Notes: generated by a model from the letters alone, not told the origin. A DNA stretch of 40,000 nt from Bryobacteraceae bacterium (GCA_025056455.1 JANWVY010000001.1:279757-319756); one strand, 5' to 3'; shown: positions 1-10,323, counted from the stretch's first letter. A program made the numbers and translations.

Positions 1-1293
1 TTGGGCGCCTTTTTGGGAGGAAATCTGAACCGGATACGAGGACTGCCGGCCTGGCTGAGCAGGACTGCTCCACTCGCCCACATATTTCCACCGGCTGTCA
101 CTCGCAGGGATCCGCTGCTGGGGGGAGCCGTGGATAAAGACTTCGTACTTCGCGGGCTTGGCCTTCTGGCGTTGAATCCAAACGGCATCCTTATCCCGCC
201 TTCCTCCCGTAAGTTCAATTGCAGCCAAGGCCCGGCGGAGGGTACTTTCCACAATGGAGGCGAAGGTGAAATCCGTATAGCGGAATTTTTCGTTTTCGAT
301 AGCGGGTAGGCCGGCTTTCCAGATCTCAGGAATTTGCGAGAGGCCAATCATGGTGCCGAGAATTCCCATGGCGCTAGCTGGATTACAATCCGAATCTTGA
401 CCGGCCCGGGTGGCGATTTCAAGTGTCGGTTCCCACTGTCCTTTGCCATAAAGCAGACCAAGAACAATATAGGCTCCATTCAACGCGGCGTCGATGTTGA
501 AAGGCTGAAGCGCGCCCTCAGGACAAGGTTCCTCTTTGTTCCATTTCTGCTCGATGAGCCGCCAGGTCGTTTCCCAGTCGGGATTTGTTCTGGCCCAAGC
601 GATGACGTCGGAGATCACCTGGTAGTAACGGCTTTTCGCTGGCAGACAGGCTAGCCCGGCCCGCACCACTTTCTCGGGATCCTTTGCGAAAAAAGCCTCG
701 GCGTACATACAGGAGACAAACATCCCGCCATAAAGCCCGTCAGCGTAGTTCATGACCCGGCCCGCGCGCTCGGCAATCCGGTTGGATAGCTGGGGTAGAC
801 CGGGAGTCATCAAACCAATGAAATCGGCCTCAATCTGGAAATCGATGTCCTCGGCGTGGACATTGTACTTGGGGGTGCCAGTCAGATGGGCCGGAACGCC
901 GCGCCTCAGGGCGCGCCGGGCTGCGAGGTTGGCGTGCCAAAGAGCATACTTCGCCTGGCGGAACATGGCTCCGAAGTCTTCGGTCGTCGCCTCCAGTCCT
1001 TTTTCGTCGAGCACTTTGGCCAGAGTCATGTCGACATAGAGGTCATCTTGATTGAGGGCGTTACGAATCCGGTCAGGAGTCCATTTCGGCAACTGGTCTT
1101 TGGGGATGATTTGCTCGCGATAGCGAAACTCAGTGGGGGCGCCGTAGCTGACGCCAATCATTTGGCCTGCCCACCCGCCTTGGATGCGGTCCCTGAGCTC
1201 GGCGAGAGAAATTTTTTCGAGCCGCTGCGCGTCCAGGCGGGGAAGCAAGACTGCCAGGAGAAAAACGGAGGCCAAGCGTAGCGGGTGGTTCAT
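1..1293 (-). CDS. ADP-ribosylglycohydrolase (ARH/DraG-fold) family protein, probably secreted; 3' end lies beyond the window
   Basis: Absent from the supplied ORF track. Hand translation of the minus strand from ATG (complement of 1293-1291) is open for all 431 codons down to position 1, with no in-frame tta/cta/tca on the + strand. The N-terminus MNHPLRLASVFLLAVLLPRLDA/Q looks like a Sec signal peptide. GGWAGQMIGVSYGAPTEF, QDDLYVDMT and ATRAGQDSDCNPASAMGILG resemble the conserved N- and C-terminal metal-site motifs of ADP-ribosylglycohydrolases. The four + strand track ORFs in 1-1281 are antisense shadows of this gene. Confidence 0.8.
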   Translation of the reverse strand, partial: MNHPLRLASVFLLAVLLPRLDAQRLEKISLAELRDRIQGGWAGQMIGVSYGAPTEFRYREQIIPKDQLPKWTPDRIRNALNQDDLYVDMTLAKVLDEKGLEATTEDFGAMFRQAKYALWHANLAARRALRRGVPAHLTGTPKYNVHAEDIDFQIEADFIGLMTPGLPQLSNRIAERAGRVMNYADGLYGGMFVSCMYAEAFFAKDPEKVVRAGLACLPAKSRYYQVISDVIAWARTNPDWETTWRLIEQKWNKEEPCPEGALQPFNIDAALNGAYIVLGLLYGKGQWEPTLEIATRAGQDSDCNPASAMGILGTMIGLSQIPEIWKAGLPAIENEKFRYTDFTFASIVESTLRRALAAIELTGGRRDKDAVWIQRQKAKPAKYEVFIHGSPQQRIPASDSRWKYVGEWSSPAQPGRQSSYPVQISSQKGAQ

Positions 1294-1398
1294 GATCCTA
1301 GCCTAACGCGCTCGTGATGGTGGCGAAGTTGCGGCAAGTCAGGGCCAGGGACACCGAGCGCTGCAAGGCGAAGCAGTTCCAGGCTTGATACACTCGCA

Positions 1399-4347
1399 GT
1401 GACGGCACTTGCGTCCATGAATTCTGTGATTACAGCGGCTCAAAGCGCGGATTACCGCAACCGGGAACGGGCCGTTACGAACTGGCACACCTTAGCGCCG
1501 CACATCTCGAGCGAGCTTTTTAGTCGCCTTAGCCATCTGGTGAACACCTCGGCCGACCCCGACGCTGCGCTCGCCTTTCTAACGAGACTGTGCACAGAAA
1601 AGCGAGATGACTTCCAACGCCTGATCCGTATCCCGCAGGTCTTGCTTCCGCTGGTTACCGTTTTTGCTCACAGCCGGTTTCTCGCAGAAGAAATCCTGCA
1701 ACAACCGCACTGGATTGAGGAACTCGTCCTCAGCGGAGACTTGCACCGGCATCTGAGCGCGAGAGAGATGGAGATGATGCTCGAGCAGTTTTTGCTCCGC
1801 CGGGGACCGGGCGTGCCCTCGTCGCTCGATTTAGCTCAATTCCGGCGCCAACAGATCCTGCGCATTCTGCTTCGCGACGTCTCCGGCGTTTGCAATCTAG
1901 CGGAAACCACGGAGGAACTCTCCAACTTGGCGGATGCAATTCTCAACGTCACCTACTGCCACATCCGCGATGAATTGATGAAAAAGCACGGTGCGCCACG
2001 GTATGTCGACGCAAGCGGAAACAGCCGAGAATGCGAATTCAGCGTGATTGCTCTGGGCAAATTAGGCGGACGGGAGCTGAACTACAGTTCTGACATCGAT
2101 TTAATGTTTCTCTATTCGGCCAATGGAGAAACTGATGGCGCGCGGTCGATCAGTAACAAAGAGTTCTTTAAAAAGGTGGCCAACCAGCTGACCGCGGTGC
2201 TGTCGACCTACACTTGCGAAGGACTTTGCTACCGGGTGGACTTACGTCTACGGCCAGATGGCAAGCTGGGCGAGGTTTGCATCTCGGTGGAGGGAGCCGA
2301 GAAGTACTATCAGCAAAGGGCACGGGACTGGGAGCTGCAAATGCTCATTAAGGCCCGGGTGGCCGCAGGAGATTCGGGACCCGGACGCCGCTTACTGGAA
2401 TTCGTCGAGCCTCTGATCTACTCCTCGACACTGGACTTTTCGGCCGTGGAGGCAGTTTCAGCGACACGCGAACGGATTCAGGAAAAGTTGAATCAGCGCC
2501 GGGGAACGAAAGAGCTCGATATTAAGCTCGCCCGTGGCGGCATTCGCGACATCGAGTTTTTGGTGCAGTGTTTGCAGCGTTTGCATGGAGGGCGGGATCC
2601 GTGGGTGCGGCAAAGCGGCACGCTGCATTCGCTCTTCCGGCTGCGCGACAAAAATCTGCTGAGCGACGTGGAGTATTACCGGCTCGCCTCAGCTTACGAA
2701 TTTCTGCGTCATCTCGAGCACCGGCTGCAAGTGGAGGACGACCGCCAAACCCACACACTCCCACAGGATCGTGAGGCTCTAGCTGTGCTGGCGCGCCGCA
2801 TGCCGCTTGCAGAGCTGGGCGGCCAGCCCTCGGCTGAAAAACTCCTGGCACAGCTGCAGCAACATTTGGAAGAGGTGCGGGAGCTCTACGAACGCGTCAT
2901 CCACGCGCAGCAGCCGGTTTACTACCAGTATCCGGCCACGGCTACCGCCGTCAGCGCCACAGCGGCCACTTCCACGGTGGAAACCGTATTTGTGGAGCCT
3001 GCCGATAGTAACCTCGTGCGATTTCTGGATCAACGCGCCCCTCAGCTAGCCGCGACTCTCAGCCGTGCGCACCTCAAACGCGGTGCGCGTCCGCTTGAGC
3101 GATACCTCGAGTGGATCGTTCCCAATCCCGAGTGGTTGGGGTGGCTTGATTCCGATCCCATCCTGACAGGATATTTGTTGGATATTTTTGAACACAGTCC
3201 GTATTTCTCCGAACAGATGATCCGCTTCCCGGAGCTGCTGATTGAGTTGAAGCGCATGAGGGAACAACCTGGCCGGGATGCTTCCGCTGAGGAGGCGGAT
3301 GCTTTAGAAGACAGCAACGAATTGCGCCGCTTTTTCCGGCGCGAGATGTTTCGCATCCAAGCCGAGAGCATTTGCTTAGGCACTCCGGTGTTCACCACTC
3401 TAATCCGCACCTCCGCGCTGGCCGACGCGGCGATCCGCGCCACCTATCGCATGGCCGTGGAGCAAACGCTGCTGACCCATCCCCCAGCAACCGCGCGTTA
3501 CCAGGCGAAAGACCAGATGATGGTCATCGCGCTAGGACGGCTGGGAATGCGCGAATTTGATCTCGCCTCTGACGCCGACCTGGTGTTTGTGTTGCAAGAC
3601 AGCGACGCCGCGGAGCACCAATTCTGGACCCGGGTCGCGCGGACCATCATCGAGCGACTGTCCGCTTACACGGGCGAAGGCATGATGTTCGCTGTGGATA
3701 CCCGTTTGCGGCCAAACGGCCGTGAGGGCGAACTCGTGCAAACCGAGCGCAGCTATAAAGAGTACTTTGAAAGCCGCGCCGAGGCCTGGGAAGGCATCAC
3801 CTACATGAAGTCGCGCGCCGTTGCCGGCAATGCTGACCGGGCCACAGAGTTCTTGAGCGAATTGCAGGATGTCGACTGGAGGCGCTACGGCCAGAGCGGA
3901 CGTTCCCAAAAACAGTTGCGCCAGATGCGCCTGCGGTTGGAGCGTGAACAAGGAGCGGAGAATGAATTGAAGGCCGGCCGCGGCGGGTTTTATGACATCG
4001 ACTTTGCGCTACTGTTTCTCAGACTCAAAGGAGCTGGCATCTTCTATAAAGTGCTGAATACGCCAGCTCGCATCGACGTTATCGAAAAAATGGGACACCT
4101 CGAAAGGGCCGATGCGGCCTTTCTCCGCGACGCGGCCTCCTTCTACCGTGCGCTTGACCACGGCCTGCGCGTGATGATGGGCCAAGCACAAGGATCGCTC
4201 CCAAAATCACAAGCGCAACTGGAAATGCTCACCGCTCTGGTGGCCCGCTGGACGCCAGATCACCTCCACGATCAGCCCCTCGAAGCCGAACTGGCGCAGA
4301 TCCGCAACCGGACGCGCGAATTCTTCGACCGGTTGTTCGCCGCATGA
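1399..4347 (+). CDS. glnE: bifunctional glutamine synthetase adenylyltransferase / adenylyl-removing enzyme
   Basis: 982-aa ORF with two nucleotidyltransferase halves. GKLGGRELNYSSDIDLMFLY and RLGMREFDLASDADLVFV each precede a RxDxRLRP motif (YRVDLRLRPDG / FAVDTRLRPNG), the GlnE hallmark. GTG start at 1399; ATG at 1417 is an alternative. Confidence 0.9.
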   Translation: MTALASMNSVITAAQSADYRNRERAVTNWHTLAPHISSELFSRLSHLVNTSADPDAALAFLTRLCTEKRDDFQRLIRIPQVLLPLVTVFAHSRFLAEEILQQPHWIEELVLSGDLHRHLSAREMEMMLEQFLLRRGPGVPSSLDLAQFRRQQILRILLRDVSGVCNLAETTEELSNLADAILNVTYCHIRDELMKKHGAPRYVDASGNSRECEFSVIALGKLGGRELNYSSDIDLMFLYSANGETDGARSISNKEFFKKVANQLTAVLSTYTCEGLCYRVDLRLRPDGKLGEVCISVEGAEKYYQQRARDWELQMLIKARVAAGDSGPGRRLLEFVEPLIYSSTLDFSAVEAVSATRERIQEKLNQRRGTKELDIKLARGGIRDIEFLVQCLQRLHGGRDPWVRQSGTLHSLFRLRDKNLLSDVEYYRLASAYEFLRHLEHRLQVEDDRQTHTLPQDREALAVLARRMPLAELGGQPSAEKLLAQLQQHLEEVRELYERVIHAQQPVYYQYPATATAVSATAATSTVETVFVEPADSNLVRFLDQRAPQLAATLSRAHLKRGARPLERYLEWIVPNPEWLGWLDSDPILTGYLLDIFEHSPYFSEQMIRFPELLIELKRMREQPGRDASAEEADALEDSNELRRFFRREMFRIQAESICLGTPVFTTLIRTSALADAAIRATYRMAVEQTLLTHPPATARYQAKDQMMVIALGRLGMREFDLASDADLVFVLQDSDAAEHQFWTRVARTIIERLSAYTGEGMMFAVDTRLRPNGREGELVQTERSYKEYFESRAEAWEGITYMKSRAVAGNADRATEFLSELQDVDWRRYGQSGRSQKQLRQMRLRLEREQGAENELKAGRGGFYDIDFALLFLRLKGAGIFYKVLNTPARIDVIEKMGHLERADAAFLRDAASFYRALDHGLRVMMGQAQGSLPKSQAQLEMLTALVARWTPDHLHDQPLEAELAQIRNRTREFFDRLFAA

Positions 4348-5213
4348 GCCGGGTTGGTGAGGTGGGGCGATGTGCGGTGCTCCTTTTCCAGGCATGGTTC
4401 GCCTCTAGCAGTGTTCTCCGAACCGCAGCCGAACCGCTGCCGCTTGAGATCGCCTTCGATAAACTCTACCGCTTAGACTTTTCTTCCGCGCAGCGCGCCA
4501 TCACCACCCACATCGAGCGCCACCCAGCGGATCCGCTCGGCTACAGCGTTCGATCTGCAGCGTACTTGTTCTACGAACTGGACCGGCTGTCGATTCTGGA
4601 AAGCGAGTTCTTCGGCAGTGACAAACGCATCGCCGAAAAACGGAAACCCCAAGCCGATCCGCAGGTCCGCCAAGAGCTCATGGGCGCCATTGCTGAAGCT
4701 CGGCGGCTAGCGGAGGCCATCCTCCAGAAAAATGCGAACGATAAAAACGCGCTCTTTGCGCTGTGCATCGCCTCTGGAATTCAAACCGATTATCTCGCCC
4801 TGGTTGAGAAGCGTCAGCTGGGGAGCTTGAGCTACGCCAAAGAATCTCATCGCTGGGCCCTCAAGCTGCTGGCCATTGACAGCCAGTTTTATGACGCCTA
4901 CCTGACGACAGGCATTAGCGAGTATCTTTTAGGCTCCATGCCATTCTTTATTCGCTGGATCATCCGGTTTGACCAAGCAGAGGGCTCAAAACCGGCCGCT
5001 GTACGGAATCTTGAGCTGGTCTCCCAGCGAGGTCGCTACTTTAAGCCTTTCGCCAAAGTGCTGCTGGCGATTATTCATTTGCGTGAAAAGCGGCCGCTCG
5101 AGGCGGAGCGCCTGCTGCGAGAATTGCACCTGGAGTTCCCAGAGAATCGGCTTTATAAAAAGGAACTGGACAAGCTGGTGCAACGGCGAAAAATTCTCCG
5201 GGGCGATCCCTGA
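4344..5213 (+). CDS. hypothetical protein, probable signal peptide and alpha-helical repeat-like body
   Basis: 289-aa ORF whose ATG overlaps the glnE stop (ATGA at 4344-4347). It has a hydrophobic N-terminus (CAVLLFQAWFASSSVL). I recognise no family motif. Confidence 0.55.
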   Translation: MSRVGEVGRCAVLLFQAWFASSSVLRTAAEPLPLEIAFDKLYRLDFSSAQRAITTHIERHPADPLGYSVRSAAYLFYELDRLSILESEFFGSDKRIAEKRKPQADPQVRQELMGAIAEARRLAEAILQKNANDKNALFALCIASGIQTDYLALVEKRQLGSLSYAKESHRWALKLLAIDSQFYDAYLTTGISEYLLGSMPFFIRWIIRFDQAEGSKPAAVRNLELVSQRGRYFKPFAKVLLAIIHLREKRPLEAERLLRELHLEFPENRLYKKELDKLVQRRKILRGDP

Positions 5214-5219
5214 GAGCAC

Positions 5220-6428
5220 TTAGCGGGACTCGCGCACGATGCCCGCAGCGACGAATTCGTCAATCTCTGCATCCTCCATGCTGAGAAGCCGTTTGAGCGC
5301 TTCGCGAGTGTGCTGGCCAGCAAGCGGTGCGGCCTCTGGCTTCCGGCCTGGCGTGTCACTCAACTTGATTGGCGCCCCAGTGACCCGCACGGCTCCTGCC
5401 GTGGGATGGCTCACCACGGGAAACATTTCGCGCGCCGCAGCTTGTGGATCCTCGCTGACCTCGCGGAGATTCCGTACGGGGCCGCACGGAATGCCACCTG
5501 CGTGCAAGATCTCCTTCCAGGCCGCCGTGCTTTTGGCGCCGAACATCTCGGCTAACAGGGGTTCAAGAAGCTGGCGGTTCTTCACCCGGAGGGCATTGGT
5601 TAGGAAGCGTTCATCCTCAGCGAGCTCGGGTTTGCCAACGGCCTGGCAGAATTGGCGCCACAACTTCTCGCTCGCCACTGCAATCGCCAGTTCGCCGTCA
5701 GCAGTGCGAAAAGTGCGATAGGGAACAATGGTTGCAAAAGCAGTCCCCAGCGGACGCGGGATTACCCCCGAGCCGAAATAATTGGCGAAGTTCGAACACA
5801 TGGCCGAAATCATCACATCGAGCATAGCGACGTCGACATGCTGGCCCTTTCCGGTTATTTCGCGTGCTCGCAGCGCCATGAGAATGCCAGTTAAGGCCGC
5901 TAGTCCGGCCGTGACATCTGCCACCGAGTGGCCACATCGCGCCAGAGCCTCCTCGCTCACACCGGTCACGCTGATCAAGCCGCTGGTGGCTTGCAGGATG
6001 AGATCCATGGCCGGTTCGTCGCGGGCTGGGCCAGATTGGCCGTAGCCGGAAATCGAACAATAGACCAGGCGCGGATTCCGGGCTGCGCAATCGGAGTAAC
6101 CGAGGCCCAAACGTTGGAGCGAACCGGGGCGTAGATTTTCGACGAGAACATCCACGTGTTCCACCAGCGCGCGACACAAATCCAAGCCGCGAGGATGCTT
6201 CAAGTCTATTGCGACGCCCTTTTTGCCCGTGTTGACACCTAAAAAATAGGAGGACTCTCCTCCTTGGAAAGGTGGCCCCCAGCTACGACCCATGTCGCCA
6301 GACTCGAGGCCCTCAACTTTGAATACTTCCGCCCCATACATGGCCATCAGCATGGTGCAGTAAGGACCGGCTAAGGCGTGCGTGAAGTCCAGGACACGCA
6401 GATCTTGAAGCGGGTTCTTCATAGCCAT
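5220..6428 (-). CDS. family III CoA-transferase (CaiB/BaiF type)
   Basis: The N-terminus LQDLRVLDFTHALAGPYCTMLMAMYGAEVFKVE is the characteristic family III CoA-transferase opening. The length (402 aa) is typical. Convergent with the previous gene, with a 6-bp gap. Confidence 0.85.
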   Translation of the reverse strand: MAMKNPLQDLRVLDFTHALAGPYCTMLMAMYGAEVFKVEGLESGDMGRSWGPPFQGGESSYFLGVNTGKKGVAIDLKHPRGLDLCRALVEHVDVLVENLRPGSLQRLGLGYSDCAARNPRLVYCSISGYGQSGPARDEPAMDLILQATSGLISVTGVSEEALARCGHSVADVTAGLAALTGILMALRAREITGKGQHVDVAMLDVMISAMCSNFANYFGSGVIPRPLGTAFATIVPYRTFRTADGELAIAVASEKLWRQFCQAVGKPELAEDERFLTNALRVKNRQLLEPLLAEMFGAKSTAAWKEILHAGGIPCGPVRNLREVSEDPQAAAREMFPVVSHPTAGAVRVTGAPIKLSDTPGRKPEAAPLAGQHTREALKRLLSMEDAEIDEFVAAGIVRESR

Positions 6429-6473
6429 GCCGAGGCCCGCAGAGAGGGATCCCGCCGCGGGCGGCTTTCGGGG

Positions 6474-7838
6474 TTAGGAGGCAAGGACTCGCTGACTGAC
6501 CGAATGGACGACACCCTCCACCTCAGCGCGGTATTGAGCGAGCAGCTCAGGCGTGTGGGCCTCAAATCGCATGACCAGAACGGGCTGGGTGTTGGAAGCG
6601 CGCACCAAGCCCCACCCCTGGTCAAACACGACACGAACGCCATCCACGTCTATCACCGGGCGGCGGCCCCGGTAGTGCTCGGCTACCCCTTCAACGATCG
6701 CAAATTTCGTTTCATCCGAACAATCCAGGCGGATTTCCGGCGTGGTCACTGTACGGGGTAAACCCTCGAGCTGCGCGCTCAGCGGCTTTCTGGATCGCGC
6801 CACAATCTCAATCAACCGGCAAGCAGCATACAACGCATCGTCATAACCAAGGTAGCGGTCGGCAAAGAACATGTGACCAGACATCTCGCCGGCCAGTTCC
6901 GCCTGCGCTTGCTTCATCTTGGCCTTGATCAGAGAATGCCCGGTTTTGTACATGATCACGTTGGCGCCCAAGCGTTTGAGCTCGTCGTACATCACTTGCG
7001 AACATTTCACTTCTCCAATCAAAGTGGCACCGGGCTTGCGCGAGAGAATTTCGCGTCCGTAGATGAGCATCAGCTGGTCACCCCAGACCACTTCGCCCGT
7101 CTCCGTGACAGCGCCAAGGCGATCGCCATCTCCGTCAAAGGCAATGCCAAGATCGGCTTGATGTTGCTTGACCGCCAACTTGAGGTCATCCAGATTTTTT
7201 TCCACCGTGGGATCGGGATGATGATTCGGGAAGCGCCCATCCATCTCGAAGTAGAGTTCGATGGGCTCCACCTTGAGCCGGCTGAGTAGCTTGTGCATGG
7301 TGGGTCCCGCCGCGCCGTTGCCGGCGTCGATCACGACGCGAACGCGGCGGGGAAAGTCAAACTGCGAGGCCACCAGATCAACATAAGCGTCACTCACATC
7401 CACCTGAGAAAGCTTTCCCTCTCCCTGAGACAGCGAGCCAGAGCGAACGATCTGTGCGATTTCCTGGATCTGAGCGCCATAGATGGTGGATTTCCCGAGC
7501 ATCGTTTTAAAACCGTTGTACTCAGGAGGGTTGTGGCTGCCCGTGATCATCACTCCAGCGTCTGTTTGCAAGTGATAGACCGAGAAGTAAAGCAACGGCG
7601 TTGGGACCTTGCCTAGGTCCGTGACGTGGCATCCCGTTGCGAGCAAGCCTTCGATGAGGGCATCGCGTAGCCGATCGCTGCTGAGGCGCGCATCGCGACC
7701 GAGATTGACGCTCCGGGCTCCTTGCCGTAAGAAGAACGTGCCGAGGGCGCGGCCGAGCAGCTTCACGCCTTCGTCCGGCAGATCGACATCGGCAATGCCT
7801 CGAATATCATATTCACGAAAGATCTGGGGATTCAACAT
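6474..7838 (-). CDS. phosphomannomutase / phosphoglucomutase
   Basis: Active-site loop TGSHNPPEYNGFK, Mg loop FDGDGDR, and an N-terminus IFREYDIRG. I prefer the ATG at 7838 (MLNPQIFREYDIRG), which removes the overlap with the upstream gene. The track start at 7877 is possible. Confidence 0.9.
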   Translation of the reverse strand: MLNPQIFREYDIRGIADVDLPDEGVKLLGRALGTFFLRQGARSVNLGRDARLSSDRLRDALIEGLLATGCHVTDLGKVPTPLLYFSVYHLQTDAGVMITGSHNPPEYNGFKTMLGKSTIYGAQIQEIAQIVRSGSLSQGEGKLSQVDVSDAYVDLVASQFDFPRRVRVVIDAGNGAAGPTMHKLLSRLKVEPIELYFEMDGRFPNHHPDPTVEKNLDDLKLAVKQHQADLGIAFDGDGDRLGAVTETGEVVWGDQLMLIYGREILSRKPGATLIGEVKCSQVMYDELKRLGANVIMYKTGHSLIKAKMKQAQAELAGEMSGHMFFADRYLGYDDALYAACRLIEIVARSRKPLSAQLEGLPRTVTTPEIRLDCSDETKFAIVEGVAEHYRGRRPVIDVDGVRVVFDQGWGLVRASNTQPVLVMRFEAHTPELLAQYRAEVEGVVHSVSQRVLAS

Positions 7839-7848
7839 GGCCAGCTCG

Positions 7849-8745
7849 CTAATAGCCGTCTGCCTGGTAGAGCTCAACGAGTTTCTGAATCATCGCGCGT
7901 TCCTCCGCGGTGACGTTTTCAAGCGGTGGGCGAACCGGACCACCCTTCCGTCCCATGAGATCCATCATGGTTTTCATGACGCTCACTTCATAACCGCGCT
8001 TGCGGTCTCGCAGGGCGTAGAGGGGATGAACGTACTGGTTGACAAGCCGGTTTAAGGTATCGAAATCGCGCTTCAATCCTGCCTCTGCAAGCTCCAGCGA
8101 CAGCTTGGGAGAAACATTCGAAATACTTGAGGTGTAGGCTTGCACGCCAATCGAAAAATAGGGAACCACGCAATCGTCCCCGAGCCCGCCGACCCAAGCC
8201 AGGCGGTTTCCGACCTTCGCCATGATCCGGGAATACTTGCGGGCGTCGCCCTGGCCATCTTTCCAAATTTCAAGCGTGGGTGTTTTCTCACACAGCCGCG
8301 CCACCATCTCCGGAGTAAAAACGGCCCAATCACGGCTGTAGACAGCCAGCGGTAGCGAGGTGGCCCGTCCAATTGAAGCGTAGTATTCAAGCAGTCCTTC
8401 TGCCGGGGCGTTGGTGTAGTACGGAGGCATACACAGCAAGGCGTCGGCGCCTGCTTGCTCCATCTGCCGGGCCATTTCGACCGCAAGCGGAGTGTTGAAG
8501 CCGACGCCACCCACTACCGGCATTTTGCCTTGCACCACGGCCACAGTCCGCCGCACGACTTCCACATTCTCGCTTGGCGTCATCGAGTACATTTCGCCCG
8601 TGCCACCAGCGGCGACCAAGGCGCAGAAGGGATGTTTCAACATCTCTTGCACGTTAGATTCAAGCGCCTCTAAATCGAGCGAGAGATCCGGCTTGAAAGG
8701 CGTCACGGGAAACCCGAACACGCCACGGAGTTTGTCACGCAACAT
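7849..8745 (-). CDS. DapA/NAL-superfamily lyase, 5-dehydro-4-deoxyglucarate dehydratase (KdgD)-like
   Basis: AAGGTGEMYSMT, WKDGQGD, RDRKRGYEVSVMK and GPVRPPL match the pattern I recall for KdgD (AAGGTGEFFSL, YKDGLGD, RNRKAGYAVSIVK, GPVRAPL). 298 aa. Confidence 0.75.
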   Translation of the reverse strand: MLRDKLRGVFGFPVTPFKPDLSLDLEALESNVQEMLKHPFCALVAAGGTGEMYSMTPSENVEVVRRTVAVVQGKMPVVGGVGFNTPLAVEMARQMEQAGADALLCMPPYYTNAPAEGLLEYYASIGRATSLPLAVYSRDWAVFTPEMVARLCEKTPTLEIWKDGQGDARKYSRIMAKVGNRLAWVGGLGDDCVVPYFSIGVQAYTSSISNVSPKLSLELAEAGLKRDFDTLNRLVNQYVHPLYALRDRKRGYEVSVMKTMMDLMGRKGGPVRPPLENVTAEERAMIQKLVELYQADGY

Positions 8746-8763
8746 GATTTCCTCTGTCTCTTA

Positions 8764-10260
8764 CTAGGAACTGGCCAGCGCACTACGCTTGCGGCCAAAT
8801 AAAAAGTAAATCACCAAGCCAACACCCAGCCAGGCGAAGAAACGCAGCCAGGTTTGCAGCGGCAGGCTCAACATCAAGACCCCACAAAAGAAAATCGACA
8901 GCAAGGGGATCCAAGGCGACAGGGGAACGCGGAAGCCCCGCCGGCGCCCGGGCTGAGTTCTCCGCAACACAAGCACCCCAGCGCTCACCAGCGCGAAGGC
9001 GAATAAGGTGCCGATATTAGAAAGATCAGCAAACGTCCCAATATCCCAAATCCCGCCGGGAATCCCAACCAAAAAGCCCGCTACCCACGTCGACACGTGC
9101 GGGGTCTTGAATCGCGGATGGACTCGAGAAAAGATGGCAGGCAGCAGGCCATCTCGCGACATGGCAAACCACACCCGGGCCTGCCCGTACTGAAATACAA
9201 GCAACGAGCTCAGCATGCCAAACAGCGCCCCGGTCGTGACCAAGCCGAGCGCGTTTTGAAAGCCAAGCTGCTGAAGGGCGTTCGCCACCGGAGCGGCGTT
9301 GTTCAGAGTTCTCCAGTTTTGCACTCCGGTCAGAACCAGCGAAACGGCGACATACAGAACCGTGCAGATCACCAGTGAAGCGATGATGCCGAAGGGGAGA
9401 TCACGCTGGGGATTCTTGCACTCTTCGCCAGCCGTCGAAACCGAATCAAACCCGATATAGGTGAAGAAAACAATCGCTCCGCCGGTCAACACGCCAGAAA
9501 AGCCATTGGGCATGAAGGGCGTCCAATTCTGAGGATTCACCGAGCGGCCTGCCGCAAACAGAAAGATTAAAATCGCGCTGACCTTAATCACGACCATGAG
9601 GTTGTTGACGCCCGCGCTTTCGCGCACGCCGCGCGCCAGCACCCAGCTAATTAGCATTAAGACGAGGAAAGCGGGAAGATTAAACCAGCTGCCAGTGAAC
9701 TGACCGCCGACGAAAATGGGCTCGGAGAGTTCTTTGGGCAGCTGGAAACCGAATACGCCCTCGAGAAACTTATTGAAGTAGGCCGAGAAGCCAACGGCCA
9801 CCGCCATGTTCGAGACAGCATATTCGAGAATGAGATCCCAGCCGATGATCCAGGCGAAGATCTCTCCTAGCGTGGCGTAGCTGTAGGTATATGCGCTGCC
9901 GGCGATAGGAATCATGGAGGCCAGTTCAGCGTAGCAGAGAGCCGCCAGCCCGCAAACGCAAGCCACCAAAAAAAACGACAGGGCGATGCCCGGGCCAGCG
10001 CCAGGACGCCCGATTTGGGAAATGGCATTGGGGCCGTTCATGAGAATGTCGAGCACCGGGGCATGGAGAAGTGAAGGAAAACTGAGGGTCTCGCCGGCCG
10101 CGGCCGTTCCCGTCAGAATGAAAATGCCCGAGCCGATGACGGCCCCAATGCCCAAAGCGGTGAGGCTCCACGGACCTAACGTACGGGCGAGACTCCTCCC
10201 TTCCTGATGGCTCGAGGCGATCAGCGCATCGATACTTTTGGTCCGGAACAGCTGGTTCAT
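8764..10260 (-). CDS. APC-superfamily amino-acid permease (cationic amino-acid transporter-like)
   Basis: About 12 predicted TM segments. The N-terminus MNQLFRTKSIDALIA...LGPWSLTALGIGAVIGSGIFILTG is typical of APC/CAT permeases. I prefer the ATG at 10260 over the track start at 10305. Confidence 0.85.
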   Translation of the reverse strand: MNQLFRTKSIDALIASSHQEGRSLARTLGPWSLTALGIGAVIGSGIFILTGTAAAGETLSFPSLLHAPVLDILMNGPNAISQIGRPGAGPGIALSFFLVACVCGLAALCYAELASMIPIAGSAYTYSYATLGEIFAWIIGWDLILEYAVSNMAVAVGFSAYFNKFLEGVFGFQLPKELSEPIFVGGQFTGSWFNLPAFLVLMLISWVLARGVRESAGVNNLMVVIKVSAILIFLFAAGRSVNPQNWTPFMPNGFSGVLTGGAIVFFTYIGFDSVSTAGEECKNPQRDLPFGIIASLVICTVLYVAVSLVLTGVQNWRTLNNAAPVANALQQLGFQNALGLVTTGALFGMLSSLLVFQYGQARVWFAMSRDGLLPAIFSRVHPRFKTPHVSTWVAGFLVGIPGGIWDIGTFADLSNIGTLFAFALVSAGVLVLRRTQPGRRRGFRVPLSPWIPLLSIFFCGVLMLSLPLQTWLRFFAWLGVGLVIYFLFGRKRSALASS

Positions 10261-10323
10261 GGTGTGCCCTTGAAGCCAGAGACGCGCCTTCGCACGGTGG
10301 CTCACCGCCGGCCAAGTGCGGGC

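Noticed and set aside
1-4347. Functional pairing of the ARH (DraG-like) gene with the divergent glnE, as a two-tier glutamine-synthetase modification system
   Set aside because: The ARH-fold protein has a clear N-terminal signal peptide and so is probably exported, whereas GlnE and glutamine synthetase are cytoplasmic. The adjacency is probably coincidental.
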